Positions 19,077-28,081 are shown, counted from the first letter of the stretch. The stretch is 34,437 bases of DNA from Flavobacteriaceae bacterium (GCA_008081175.1 VMCW01000193.1:1-34437); one strand, 5' to 3'. Translations and numbers: made by a program. Notes: generated by a model not told the origin, from the letters alone.

Positions 19077-20093
19077 TTATTCAAGTTGGGAGTAATCCCC
19101 TATACTTACAAAGGTAGGGTTTCCTCTATAACGAACTTCGTTTCCAATCATTGCTTGCTCTAAATTAAGGTTTTCTAAAGAACAATTGTTTCCAATTAGG
19201 CTGTGTTTCAATTGACAATTTTCTATTTTGGTCCCAGGACCAACAGAAACCCCAGGGCCCACAGTGCTGTTGGTAATGGTTACATTTTTCCCAATGAAAC
19301 AGGGGGAAATGATAGTACTGTTATTCAAAATAGCAGAGGCCTCTTGAAGCATTGCCCCTTCTGCTTCTTTGATCGATAGCATTTCAGTATTGGTTTGGAG
19401 TGTAATTTGAGGGTTTCCACAATCCATCCACACGTCTACTTCTCCCGGTTTAACGATTGCGCCTTGTTCAATTAGAAGCAAAATCCCTTGATTGATTTGG
19501 TACTCCTGCCCTTTTTTAAGCTCTTGAGACACAACTTTTGTAAGAGCTTCTTTGAGTTGTTCTATCGCCCTAAAATAATAGATCCCTATTGCAGCTAAAT
19601 CAGAAACAAACTTCTTTGGCTTCTCTACTAAATTTACGATTTCATTTGCGCTATTTAACTCAACAACTCCAAAGGCCGCAGGATCTTCTACTTGTTTGAC
19701 CCATATGACCGCGTCTGCGCTTGGGTCCAGGTTTAGCTTTGCACGAATGAGGGTGTCTGCATAGGCTACAACAGTAGGTCCCTCCAGTAAAGGTGCTGCG
19801 CTCATGATTGCATGCCCTGTTCCCAAAGGTTGATCTTGCCTAAAAATATGCGGCTTTGCTCCCAGTGAAAGGGCAAGCTCTTTAAGTGACGATTCAACCT
19901 CATCGCCAAAAAAGGCTGGATCGCCTATGACAAATCCAATGTCGGTAATGGGTGACTCGACAACCTTTGCTATCTCGTGAACGAGTTGGTGAACAATGGG
20001 AGCACCTGCAACACTGATCAAAGGTTTTGGAGTGGTTAGACTGTGAGGTCGTAATCGTGAACCCCTTCCTGCCATGGGTACAATAATTTTCAT
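19077..20093 (-). CDS. Sugar-phosphate nucleotidyltransferase with C-terminal left-handed beta-helix
   Basis: N-terminal signature MAGRGSRLRP....PKPL (GXGTR-type). C-terminal hexapeptide-like repeats (IGKNVTITNSTVGPGVSVGPGTKIENC...). Confidence 0.8.
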   Translation of the reverse strand: MKIIVPMAGRGSRLRPHSLTTPKPLISVAGAPIVHQLVHEIAKVVESPITDIGFVIGDPAFFGDEVESSLKELALSLGAKPHIFRQDQPLGTGHAIMSAAPLLEGPTVVAYADTLIRAKLNLDPSADAVIWVKQVEDPAAFGVVELNSANEIVNLVEKPKKFVSDLAAIGIYYFRAIEQLKEALTKVVSQELKKGQEYQINQGILLLIEQGAIVKPGEVDVWMDCGNPQITLQTNTEMLSIKEAEGAMLQEASAILNNSTIISPCFIGKNVTITNSTVGPGVSVGPGTKIENCQLKHSLIGNNCSLENLNLEQAMIGNEVRYRGNPTFVSIGDYSQLE

Positions 20094-20095
20094 AT

Positions 20096-20533
20096 TTATT
20101 TTTTTCCAGTACTACCAAATCCTCCTGTTCCGCGCTCTGTCGTGCTGAGCTTTTCTGTACTTTTCCATTGTACTTGTTCAAATTTGGCAAAAACCAACTG
20201 TGCTATTCGATCCCCAGGTTGGATGGTTACAGCTTTGTTGGAAAGGTTGACCAAAATGACCCCTATTTCTCCACGATAATCTGCATCTATTGTTCCAGGG
20301 GCATTCAAAACTGAAATCCCTTGTTTTGCTGCCAATCCGCTTCGAGGACGCACTTGAGCTTCATAGCCCTCGGGAAGTGCTATTTTTAGCCCTGTGCCTA
20401 TAATTTTTCGCTCTAGGGGTTCTAGGACAATCGGGTCTTCGAGTACCGCTTTTAAGTCCACCCCAGCAGCTGCTTTTGTCGCATAAGTAGGGAGCTCAAA
20501 CGAACTCTCATTTTGTACAGAAACTTCTATCAT
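20096..20533 (-). CDS. dut: dUTP diphosphatase
   Basis: All trimeric dUTPase motifs are present: AAGVDL, RPRSGLA, GTIDADYRGE, GDRIAQL, and the C-terminal RGTGGFGSTG. Confidence 0.95.
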   Translation of the reverse strand: MIEVSVQNESSFELPTYATKAAAGVDLKAVLEDPIVLEPLERKIIGTGLKIALPEGYEAQVRPRSGLAAKQGISVLNAPGTIDADYRGEIGVILVNLSNKAVTIQPGDRIAQLVFAKFEQVQWKSTEKLSTTERGTGGFGSTGKK

Positions 20534-20618
20534 CTGGCTTGGTTTTGTAGATATTAAATGTACAAAAACAGTCCTCTTAATTATGGTGATTTACCGTTTC
20601 TTTCCCCATTTTTGTTAA

Positions 20619-20990
20619 CTAGTTTTCCTTATTAGGAAAGTGTTTTTTTATCTGTTTTTCTACAGAAATTAACATCCAGAGAGGTGCCCAAACAGATAGG
20701 GCAATCCCTATCCATAAATAAACCTGGCCTTTTAAATCAAAAAAAGAAAGTAGCAGTCCTAAGACGATCAAATACAATCCATCTCTTTTCATTTTTTTGG
20801 AAGAAACTTCCTGTGCAAATTTCCACACCTCTGGATTGCGCATTGAGGCTTTTGTTCTGTATCCATAAATAGAATTTATGCTTTTTGGAGGATACTTCTC
20901 TTGTATCCATCCCGCTATAAAATAAATCCCTCCTGTAAGTAAAAGGATAAGAGATAAGGGGTTTAGGTAATCAACAAAGAACTGTTCCAT
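20619..20990 (-). CDS. SdpI/YhfL-family small membrane protein
   Basis: 123 aa with 3-4 TM helices. The motif INSIYGYRTKASMRNPEVWKFAQ matches the SdpI-family N-GYRT...S...W..A signature. Confidence 0.6.
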   Translation of the reverse strand: MEQFFVDYLNPLSLILLLTGGIYFIAGWIQEKYPPKSINSIYGYRTKASMRNPEVWKFAQEVSSKKMKRDGLYLIVLGLLLSFFDLKGQVYLWIGIALSVWAPLWMLISVEKQIKKHFPNKEN

Positions 20991-21041
20991 TAGTATGTAT
21001 TAGTAAGCTTTGTTCAATAAAGACTATTTGCTTTAAAAGCA

Positions 21042-21049
21042 CAAAGCTA
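21042..21049 (-). promoter_or_regulatory. Bacteroidota -7 box (TAGCTTTG) upstream of the SdpI-like gene
   Basis: Exact TAnnTTTG on the minus strand, 51 nt upstream of the ATG at 20990. It forms one arm of a 7-bp inverted repeat (AGCTTTG 21007-21013 / CAAAGCT 21042-21048). Confidence 0.35.
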
Positions 21050-21071
21050 TTATAGGCGCATCTCTTCCTTC

Positions 21072-21674
21072 TTATCCGTCTGTACAATTAAAATAGCGGA
21101 TACCGTCCCAATTGCGTTTGAAAAAATTCTCTTTGTCTTTTATGAAGTCCTCCATAGGTGTGTTCCCGGGTAAAACAGAAAGCCACATGATAGGATAATC
21201 TTCTGGTGCAGAAGTACATTCGTAAAATTCACATGGATGTCTGTACTTATACCGTGCATGTCCTGCTTCATGATAAAAGGTGTACAAACGTTGAACGATG
21301 GAGTAGTCTTCCCAGTACGATTTAATGATTTCAAAACTAACTGTTGCATCGTCACATATGTTGTACGCTCTTCCGGCATGATCTGCTGTTACTCCTGAGG
21401 CAAAATCTGGCTCTGTACCAAAAAATACGGTTACAATCCTCCCGGCTCCAGGATCGGGTTTGCCCGAGCGTATTGCATCAGCAACGAACAGCTCCCAGTA
21501 TTCTTCCAAAGTAGAGTCTTCATCCAGTACAGCGTAAAAAGGATCTGTGATTTCTTCTTCCTTTTCTTCTTCGGCAGTGTTTTTTTCATCAACAGTTGCA
21601 TCCTCTTTTTGGCAGCTCACGAAGAAAAGTGAAAACAATAGGCCCAGTAAAATTAAAAAATGAGGCTTTTTCAT
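21072..21674 (-). CDS. Uncharacterised lipoprotein with HEXXH (zincin-like) motif
   Basis: Lipobox LFFVSC. Acidic linker (AEEEKEEEITD). HEAGH at residues 135-139 (nt 21258-21272) is followed by YKYRH. There are four Cys in the mature part. I do not recognise a named family. Confidence 0.5.
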   Translation of the reverse strand: MKKPHFLILLGLLFSLFFVSCQKEDATVDEKNTAEEEKEEEITDPFYAVLDEDSTLEEYWELFVADAIRSGKPDPGAGRIVTVFFGTEPDFASGVTADHAGRAYNICDDATVSFEIIKSYWEDYSIVQRLYTFYHEAGHARYKYRHPCEFYECTSAPEDYPIMWLSVLPGNTPMEDFIKDKENFFKRNWDGIRYFNCTDG

Positions 21675-21885
21675 CTTTATTTCTTTAATAGCATACTAAT
21701 ATACTTTTTTTAATAGTAAACCCTTTGTTTTGTGATCAATAGAATGTTAAAGTGTTATTGGAGCCTCATGTTGTTTCTATTGAGAACATTATTTAAAGAA
21801 TTTGGCTCCTCTCCCTTTGATTTTAGTATTTTTAAAATGAAGTCTTATAGTTACAAGATCTATTTAGTAATCTGAGAAAAGGAGT

Positions 21886-23010
21886 ATGCAAATTCTAATC
21901 ATTCCTGATTCTTTTAAAGAAAGTTTAACTGCTACAGAAGTGGCAAGAGCCCTTTATATGGGTGTTCATAAAGTACTTCCCGAAGCGGTGATCAACCAAA
22001 TTCCTTTTTCTGATGGGGGAGAAGGTGCCCTTGAGGTATTGAAAAAGCAAGCCCAAGGTGTATTGGTTTCTTGTCAAACAGAAAATGCTTTAGGTGAAAA
22101 AATAAATGCCCCTTATTTTCTTTTTGAAGATCAAAAAAGCGCCTGGATCGAGTTGTCACAAGCCTCGGGATTAGCCCAAATTGCACCTGAAAAAAGAGAT
22201 GCTTTAAATGCCTCTACTTATGGAACCGGCTTACAAATAAAAGATGCTATAGCAAGGGGGTGTAATACAATCACCCTTGGTCTTGGGGGAAGTGCTACCA
22301 CGGATGGGGGGGCAGGTCTTTTCGAAGCTTTAGGGGGTGTTTTATTGGATCACAAAGGAGCTTATTTAGAGCGAGGGGGACTCGCTCTAAAGAATCTTTC
22401 CTCCATAATTCTACCAAAGGGCTTAGATGGTATTTATTGGAAGGTTGCTTGTGACGTTGACAATCCTTTGCTTGGACCCTCAGGCGCTGCCTCTGTTTAT
22501 GGTCCACAAAAAGGAGCAAGCGCTTCGGATGTAGTACAATTAGATCGTGCTCTTTCACAGTTTGCAACAGTTATTCATCATCACTTTGGCCGTCAAATAA
22601 CTACCCTAGAAGGAGGAGGAGCTGCTGGGGGAACAGCAGCGGGAATGTATGGGTTTTTTAATGCTACTCTACAATCCGGTTTTTCTCTTTTATCAGAAAT
22701 GATAGGCTTAGAAAAACAGATCAAACAATCCGATTTAATTATTACTGCTGAAGGCAAAATGGATGGCCAATCCCTTCAGGGAAAGTTAACCGGTAGTGTG
22801 GCGCATCTTGGTAAAAAGCACAATATTCCTGTCGTCGGGATCGCTGGAGCTCTTGAGGGTCCAATGGATGCTTTTTTCAACGCTGGCTTTGCTGGTGTTT
22901 TTAGTATTCAAAACGGCCCCTTATCTTTAAAAGACTCCATGGAAAACGCTGAAATATTGCTCTCCAATACGGCTGCCAACCTAATAAAATTCTACATAAG
23001 TAAACCTTAA
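21886..23010 (+). CDS. Glycerate kinase
   Basis: The N-terminus ILIIPDSFKESLTA, GGSATTDGGAG, and the C-terminal ITAEGKMDGQSLQGK are hallmark glycerate kinase (GlxK/GarK family) blocks. Confidence 0.9.
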   Translation: MQILIIPDSFKESLTATEVARALYMGVHKVLPEAVINQIPFSDGGEGALEVLKKQAQGVLVSCQTENALGEKINAPYFLFEDQKSAWIELSQASGLAQIAPEKRDALNASTYGTGLQIKDAIARGCNTITLGLGGSATTDGGAGLFEALGGVLLDHKGAYLERGGLALKNLSSIILPKGLDGIYWKVACDVDNPLLGPSGAASVYGPQKGASASDVVQLDRALSQFATVIHHHFGRQITTLEGGGAAGGTAAGMYGFFNATLQSGFSLLSEMIGLEKQIKQSDLIITAEGKMDGQSLQGKLTGSVAHLGKKHNIPVVGIAGALEGPMDAFFNAGFAGVFSIQNGPLSLKDSMENAEILLSNTAANLIKFYISKP

Positions 23011-23060
23011 TTAGCTTTTTTATGTAAAGCCTGCTATACTAAAATAGTTGTGAAGAATAT

Positions 23061-23924
23061 TTAGCTTTTCAATGCTTCTGCTCCGCCTACAATCTCTAGG
23101 ATTTCATTTGTAATCGCTGCTTGACGGGCCTTATTGTAAGTAAGCTTTAATTGATCTCTCAATTCAGTAGCATTATCTGTGGCCTTATGCATAGCGGTCA
23201 TTCTCGCTCCATGTTCACTGGCAAAAGAATCACGAATGGCTTTATAAAATTGCATTTTTAAAGACTTCGGCAATAAGTCATTCACGATCTCTGCTTGGCT
23301 TGGCTCAAAAAGGTATTCTGTAGTTGCTGTATTTTCAGAAGAGGGGTCAGACACTATGGGAAGGAAAGGTTCTACTTCTACAATTTGAGTGGCTGCATTT
23401 TTAAAACGGTTGTATACTAAAACTACTTCGTCATAAGTCTTCTCTTGAAACTGATCCATAATGAATTGCGCTACAGCTCCTGCGTTTTCATAAGTAAGCT
23501 CGTCAAAAAGGGAATCATGAGAAGCCACTACTTGCCCTGTTTTTCCCAAAAGTTCAGATCCCTTTTTGCCAATGGTAAGAAGAGTAACTTTTTGATTGGA
23601 GTAGGTTTCCCCCATCAATTGCCGTGTCTTTTTAATGATGTTGGCATTAAAAGCGCCGCAAAGACCTCTATTGGAAGTAATGGAAACGATGAGTACCGAC
23701 TGGCTTTCACGAACCTCTGTGTAGGGGTTTTGTGTGTCGCTGTCCAATGCTCCACTGAGGTTTTGGATCAACTCGGTCAAGGTACTTGCATACGGGCGCA
23801 TAGCTGTGATGGCATCTTGAGCTTTTTTTAGCTTGGCTGCCGATACCATTTTCATCGCACTGGTAATTTGCATGGTCGAAGAGACCGATGCAATTCTATT
23901 CCGTATTTCCTTGAGGTTGGCCAT
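23061..23924 (-). CDS. atpG: F1Fo ATP synthase subunit gamma
   Basis: MANLKEIRNRI.SV..T.QIT.AMKMVSAAKL at the N-terminus, and a C-terminal ITNEILEIVGGAEAL. Confidence 0.95.
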   Translation of the reverse strand: MANLKEIRNRIASVSSTMQITSAMKMVSAAKLKKAQDAITAMRPYASTLTELIQNLSGALDSDTQNPYTEVRESQSVLIVSITSNRGLCGAFNANIIKKTRQLMGETYSNQKVTLLTIGKKGSELLGKTGQVVASHDSLFDELTYENAGAVAQFIMDQFQEKTYDEVVLVYNRFKNAATQIVEVEPFLPIVSDPSSENTATTEYLFEPSQAEIVNDLLPKSLKMQFYKAIRDSFASEHGARMTAMHKATDNATELRDQLKLTYNKARQAAITNEILEIVGGAEALKS

Positions 23925-23927
23925 AGT

Positions 23928-25505
23928 TTATTCGAATTGAGCAGCTGTTTCTTTTGCAACAGTGTTTAAGGTATCCAACACCTCGTCTGTGAGTTTCCCT
24001 GCCTTCAGCTCCGCTAAGGTCTTTTTGTGTTTTTTACGCAATGTTTCCAAATAAGCTTGCTCATACGCTTTCACGCTTTCTACAGGAACAGAGCGTAGTA
24101 AGTTCTTGGACCCTGCATAAATTATGGCTACTTGCTCTTCCACTGTAAAAGGATCGTTTTGTGCCTGCTTTAGGATTTCTACGTTTCGCTTTCCTTTTTC
24201 AATCACATTTAAAGTAGCAGCATCTAAGTCAGATCCGAATTTAGCAAAAGCTTCTAATTCACGGAACTGCGCTTGGTCTAGTTTTAATGTTCCTGCAACC
24301 TTTTTCATGGACTTAATCTGTGCAGATCCCCCTACGCGAGATACGGAGATCCCTACGTTAATAGCTGGACGAACACCAGAGTTAAATAAATCGGACTCCA
24401 AGAAAATCTGTCCGTCTGTAATGGAAATCACATTGGTAGGAATGTAGGCAGAAACGTCTCCCGCTTGTGTTTCAATAATCGGAAGAGCTGTTAAAGAGCC
24501 CCCTCCTTTTACTATCTCTTTTAAAGAATCGGGAAGGTCGTTCATTTCTTTTGCAATGCTGTCATCAGAGATCACTTTTGCTGCACGTTCTAACAAGCGT
24601 GAGTGTAAGTAGAAGACATCTCCAGGATAAGCTTCACGTCCTGGAGGGCGACGAAGTAACAAAGAGACCTCACGGTATGCAACTGCTTGCTTTGATAAGT
24701 CATCATAGATGATAAGTGCGGGTCTACCTGTATCTCTAAAATACTCGCCTATCGCCGCTCCAGCAAAAGGAGCATAAACTTGCATGGGTGCTGGATCGGA
24801 AGCATTGGCGGCAACAATAGTTGTATAAGCCATTGCTCCTTTGTCTTCCAAGGTTTTAGCAATTCCAGCTACAGTAGAAGCTTTTTGTCCAATAGCAACA
24901 TAGACACAAAACACCGGTTCTCCGGCATCGTAAAATTCTTTTTGATTAAGTATGGTATCAATACATACTGTTGTTTTTCCTGTTTGTCTATCACCGATAA
25001 CAAGCTCTCGTTGACCTCGGCCTACAGGGATCATGGCGTCTATTGATTTAATACCTGTTTGTAAAGGCTCGTTCACGGGCTGACGAAATACTACTCCAGG
25101 AGCTTTTCGCTCTAATGGCATTTCAAAAAGGTCTCCTTCTATTGCTCCTTTGCCATCAATTGGTTTACCAAGTGTGTTGAGAACCCTGCCTATAACACCC
25201 TCGCCAACATTGATAGAAGCAATCCGTTGTGTTCTTTTTACAGTATCTCCTTCTTTTACCCCTTTAGATGGACCTAGTAGAACTACACCCACATGGTCTT
25301 CTTCAAGATTGAGTACCATTCCTTCCAAGCCCTCTTCAAAGGAAACAAGTTCTCCATATTGAGCATTGGAAAGACCAAATACGCGAGCAATACCATCTCC
25401 TACTTCTAGAACGGTTCCTACTTCATCTAATGAGGAAGCCGAACTAAAACCGGCCAATTGATTTTTTAATATCGCTGAAACTTCAGCTGGGTTTACATCT
25501 GCCAT
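23928..25505 (-). CDS. atpA: F1Fo ATP synthase subunit alpha
   Basis: Walker A GDRQTGKT, plus [27 protein letters not shown] and other canonical alpha-subunit blocks. Confidence 0.98.
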   Translation of the reverse strand: MADVNPAEVSAILKNQLAGFSSASSLDEVGTVLEVGDGIARVFGLSNAQYGELVSFEEGLEGMVLNLEEDHVGVVLLGPSKGVKEGDTVKRTQRIASINVGEGVIGRVLNTLGKPIDGKGAIEGDLFEMPLERKAPGVVFRQPVNEPLQTGIKSIDAMIPVGRGQRELVIGDRQTGKTTVCIDTILNQKEFYDAGEPVFCVYVAIGQKASTVAGIAKTLEDKGAMAYTTIVAANASDPAPMQVYAPFAGAAIGEYFRDTGRPALIIYDDLSKQAVAYREVSLLLRRPPGREAYPGDVFYLHSRLLERAAKVISDDSIAKEMNDLPDSLKEIVKGGGSLTALPIIETQAGDVSAYIPTNVISITDGQIFLESDLFNSGVRPAINVGISVSRVGGSAQIKSMKKVAGTLKLDQAQFRELEAFAKFGSDLDAATLNVIEKGKRNVEILKQAQNDPFTVEEQVAIIYAGSKNLLRSVPVESVKAYEQAYLETLRKKHKKTLAELKAGKLTDEVLDTLNTVAKETAAQFE

Positions 25506-25517
25506 GATCGTTTTTCT

Positions 25518-26063
25518 TTAGATCGAATTCGTTTTTGTTATTCTTGTTTTGATTGCCTTAAGTTGATGTGCAACACTAGCGTCGTATTGCAAATCGCCAA
25601 TCTTTAAAATAAACCCGCCCAACAGTTTGGGATCAACTTTATTTTCTATTTGAATTTTGTGTTTTGAAAATGCTTTTGCCTTCTCAAAAACCTTCTTTTC
25701 AAGCTCTGGTGTAAGAGGAACCGCAGAGGTTACTACTGCTACAATTTCACCCTGAGCTTCAGCATATAGCTTTGTATAGTGAGTTGCTACTACTCCCAAC
25801 AAAGACAATCGGTTGTTCTCTGCCAATAGCGCAAACAATTTTGTTGTAGAATCACAGGCTTTAGGAAAAAGTGCATGTACCGCATCGCGCTTTTTATCCA
25901 CTACCAAAAGAGGATTGTCCAAAGCTGTTTGTAACGCTTCACTTTTATTGAGCAAATCTGTAACTAAAAGCATGTCTTGGGCGACTACTGCAGCAGAATT
26001 GTTCTCCTGAGCATACGCAAGTATTGCTTTTGCATAACGATGTGCTGCACGTGTTCCTTTCAT
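25518..26063 (-). CDS. atpH: F1Fo ATP synthase subunit delta (OSCP)
   Basis: 181 aa. N-terminus A.RYAKA. Its position between atpF and atpA. C-terminal GG..LKIGD..YDASV. Confidence 0.9.
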   Translation of the reverse strand: MKGTRAAHRYAKAILAYAQENNSAAVVAQDMLLVTDLLNKSEALQTALDNPLLVVDKKRDAVHALFPKACDSTTKLFALLAENNRLSLLGVVATHYTKLYAEAQGEIVAVVTSAVPLTPELEKKVFEKAKAFSKHKIQIENKVDPKLLGGFILKIGDLQYDASVAHQLKAIKTRITKTNSI

Positions 26064-26564
26064 TTATTCTAAATCTGTATCCTCCAACAATTGATTGACC
26101 AATTGCATTTGTTTGTCTTTATGCTCGAGTTCATTTTTCAACACCTTTTCGGCAATATCAAGTGCAATAGACCCCACTTGTTCCTTCAATTCATTTATTG
26201 CTGCACGCTTTTCGTTTTGAATAGCTGCCTGTGCTTGGCTCAGAATTTTTTGGGCTTCTTGTTGGGCTTCTTCTTTGGCCGAGGCAATTATTTCTGCCTT
26301 AGTGTTTCTCGCTTCTTTGAGAAGTGCTTCTTTTTCTGCACGAGCTTCTTTTAAGATGCGTTGGTTGTCAGACTGTAAGCTTTCCATTTCGGCACGTGCT
26401 TCTTTTGCTGCCTCAAGCGCATCCTTGATTGAGCTTTCTCGTTCATTGACGGCTGAAAGAATTGGCTTCCAAGCAAACTTTTTCAGCAAGAACAATAAGC
26501 CAATAAATATGGCAGACTGCCAAAAAAACAGACCTAATGAAAATTCACTTATTAATTTTTCCAT
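26064..26564 (-). CDS. atpF: F1Fo ATP synthase subunit b
   Basis: A single N-terminal TM helix is followed by a long A/E/K-rich helix. Operon position supports the call. Confidence 0.9.
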   Translation of the reverse strand: MEKLISEFSLGLFFWQSAIFIGLLFLLKKFAWKPILSAVNERESSIKDALEAAKEARAEMESLQSDNQRILKEARAEKEALLKEARNTKAEIIASAKEEAQQEAQKILSQAQAAIQNEKRAAINELKEQVGSIALDIAEKVLKNELEHKDKQMQLVNQLLEDTDLE

Positions 26565-26595
26565 CTTTTAAACCTAAGGTTAAAAAGCCTTTTGA

Positions 26596-26787
26596 TTATA
26601 CCGCAAATAATGCAGCAAACCCAATCCCTTCTACTAGGGCAGCAGCAATCAACATCGCTGTTTGAATTTTACCATAAGCATCGGGTTGACGACCAATTGC
26701 CTCCATTGCAGAACCACCGATTCTACCGATACCCATACCAACACCGATTACTACTAAACCGGCACCTACCATTACTGGAATTTCCAT
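26596..26787 (-). CDS. atpE: F1Fo ATP synthase subunit c
   Basis: 63-aa hairpin proteolipid with loop RQP and the carboxylate in LVEGIGF. An in-frame stop two codons upstream of the ATG prevents a longer N-terminus. Confidence 0.9.
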   Translation of the reverse strand: MEIPVMVGAGLVVIGVGMGIGRIGGSAMEAIGRQPDAYGKIQTAMLIAAALVEGIGFAALFAV

Positions 26788-26821
26788 ATTCTAAAATTTA
26801 AAATTAAACACTCTTTTTTTG

Positions 26822-26835
26822 ACACAATATTGTGT
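26822..26835. repeat. Perfect 14-nt palindrome ACACAATATTGTGT in the atpB-atpE spacer
   Basis: Read directly from the sequence. On the plus strand it is flanked by T7-G on the 5' side and T5-G on the 3' side. Confidence 0.6.
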
Positions 26836-26841
26836 TTTTTG

Positions 26842-27942
26842 TTAATGATGTTCATGCTCTTCAGCGGCAAAGCCAAAATAAAGTGCAGAAAGCATCGTAA
26901 ATATATACGCCTGTAACAAGGCAACTAATAATTCTATAATTGATATTGCAAAAGCCAGTCCAAAAGACAACGGACTTCCTAACCAACTTTTGAAAATAAA
27001 CATCAAACCGATTAAGCTCATCAATACGATATGTCCAGCTTGCATGTTGGCATACAATCGAATGAGTAGAGAAAAGGGTTTAATGAATATCCCTAAAACT
27101 TCGATGGGGATCAAAATGATATACAAAGGAATCTTAGCGTACCACTTCATTGATCCTCCAAGAGGATCAAAAATGTGAAGCCAATAGTCTTTGGTGCCTG
27201 TAAAGTTTGTTATGACAAAGGTCAATAACGCCAACCCAAAAGTGACCGCAATGTTTCCAGTTACATTTACTCCAAGGGGAGTAAGCCCCAATAAATTCAA
27301 AAACCAAATGAAAAAGAAAATCGTCAACAGGAAGTTCATGTATTTTCCATATTTCTTCTCTCCAATATTGGGCCGAGCAATGTCATCTCTTATGTACAAT
27401 ACTATAGGCTCGAAGAGGCGTCCCACACCAGCAGGCAATCCTCCAGTTTTGGTATATGATTTTGCTAAATTGGTGAAGAGAAAAAACATCAAAACCGCTA
27501 TGAGGAGCATACTTACTACTCCTTTGGTAATAGAAAAATCTAGCGGGGCAACATTAGTAGCATGATTGCTTTCGTCGTAATTTATTGTCCCTTCAGCATC
27601 TGTTTTATAAATTTTTCCGTGCTCAAGTTTGTAATAATTTGAGCCTACATGAGCAACACTTTCCCCGTGGTGTAATTTCGATGAGGAAAAAATTTGAAGC
27701 CCATTGTCCCACAATATAACTGGAAGTGGAATTCCTATGTAAACGTGTTCCCCTGCTTGATCCGTGTAGGAAAACAAGCTAAAGTCATATGCGTCCTCAA
27801 GGTGATGCGAAATGTATTGTTTGATTTCGGTTTTTAAATCTCCCGAAGATTCCGTCTCTTTTGCTTGTGAAAAATTGGCCGCAAAAAATAATGCAAGAAA
27901 TAAGAAAAAAGAAGCGTTTATTTTTTTTATCATCGACAGCAT
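26842..27942 (-). CDS. atpB: F1Fo ATP synthase subunit a with a long N-terminal extension
   Basis: The C-terminal half has the conserved subunit-a helices (FSLLIRLYANMQAGH with the essential Arg). About 140 extra N-terminal residues begin with a signal-like segment. Confidence 0.9.
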   Translation of the reverse strand: MLSMIKKINASFFLFLALFFAANFSQAKETESSGDLKTEIKQYISHHLEDAYDFSLFSYTDQAGEHVYIGIPLPVILWDNGLQIFSSSKLHHGESVAHVGSNYYKLEHGKIYKTDAEGTINYDESNHATNVAPLDFSITKGVVSMLLIAVLMFFLFTNLAKSYTKTGGLPAGVGRLFEPIVLYIRDDIARPNIGEKKYGKYMNFLLTIFFFIWFLNLLGLTPLGVNVTGNIAVTFGLALLTFVITNFTGTKDYWLHIFDPLGGSMKWYAKIPLYIILIPIEVLGIFIKPFSLLIRLYANMQAGHIVLMSLIGLMFIFKSWLGSPLSFGLAFAISIIELLVALLQAYIFTMLSALYFGFAAEEHEHH

Positions 27943-27976
27943 TGAACTATAGTGTGAATAGTGTTTTTTTGCGCTG

Positions 27977-27984
27977 CAAATGTA
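27977..27984 (-). promoter_or_regulatory. Bacteroidota -7 box (TACATTTG) upstream of atpB
   Basis: Exact TAnnTTTG on the minus strand, 35 nt upstream of the ATG at 27942, inside the only sizeable gap (139 nt) in the gene string. Confidence 0.45.
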
Positions 27985-28081
27985 AGGTTTTAGTATAAAA
28001 AAAGAAACAATTGATGGCTTTTTTGAACCTCTTTGTTTTTACTGTTGTCTTTCTGTATTATTTATACTGTTTTTATGTGAA

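Noticed and set aside
19900-20190. 96-aa minus-strand ORF spanning the dut / nucleotidyltransferase junction.
   Set aside because: It is out of frame with two strongly supported genes, and its sequence is basic, Ser/Arg/Cys-rich and not protein-like.
21880-21884. Strong Shine-Dalgarno-like AGGAG upstream of the glycerate kinase gene, which would be unusual for Bacteroidota.
   Set aside because: It ends only 1 nt before the ATG, too close to act as an SD element. It is probably coincidental.
23011-23074. Direct repeat TTAGCTTTT-NN-ATG at 23011 and 23061, and a weak GCTTT/AAAGC hairpin in the glycerate kinase/atpG spacer, considered as a possible bidirectional terminator.
   Set aside because: The stem is only 5 AT-rich bp and is not followed by a proper U-tract in either direction. 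The repeat is short and partly formed by the atpG stop region.
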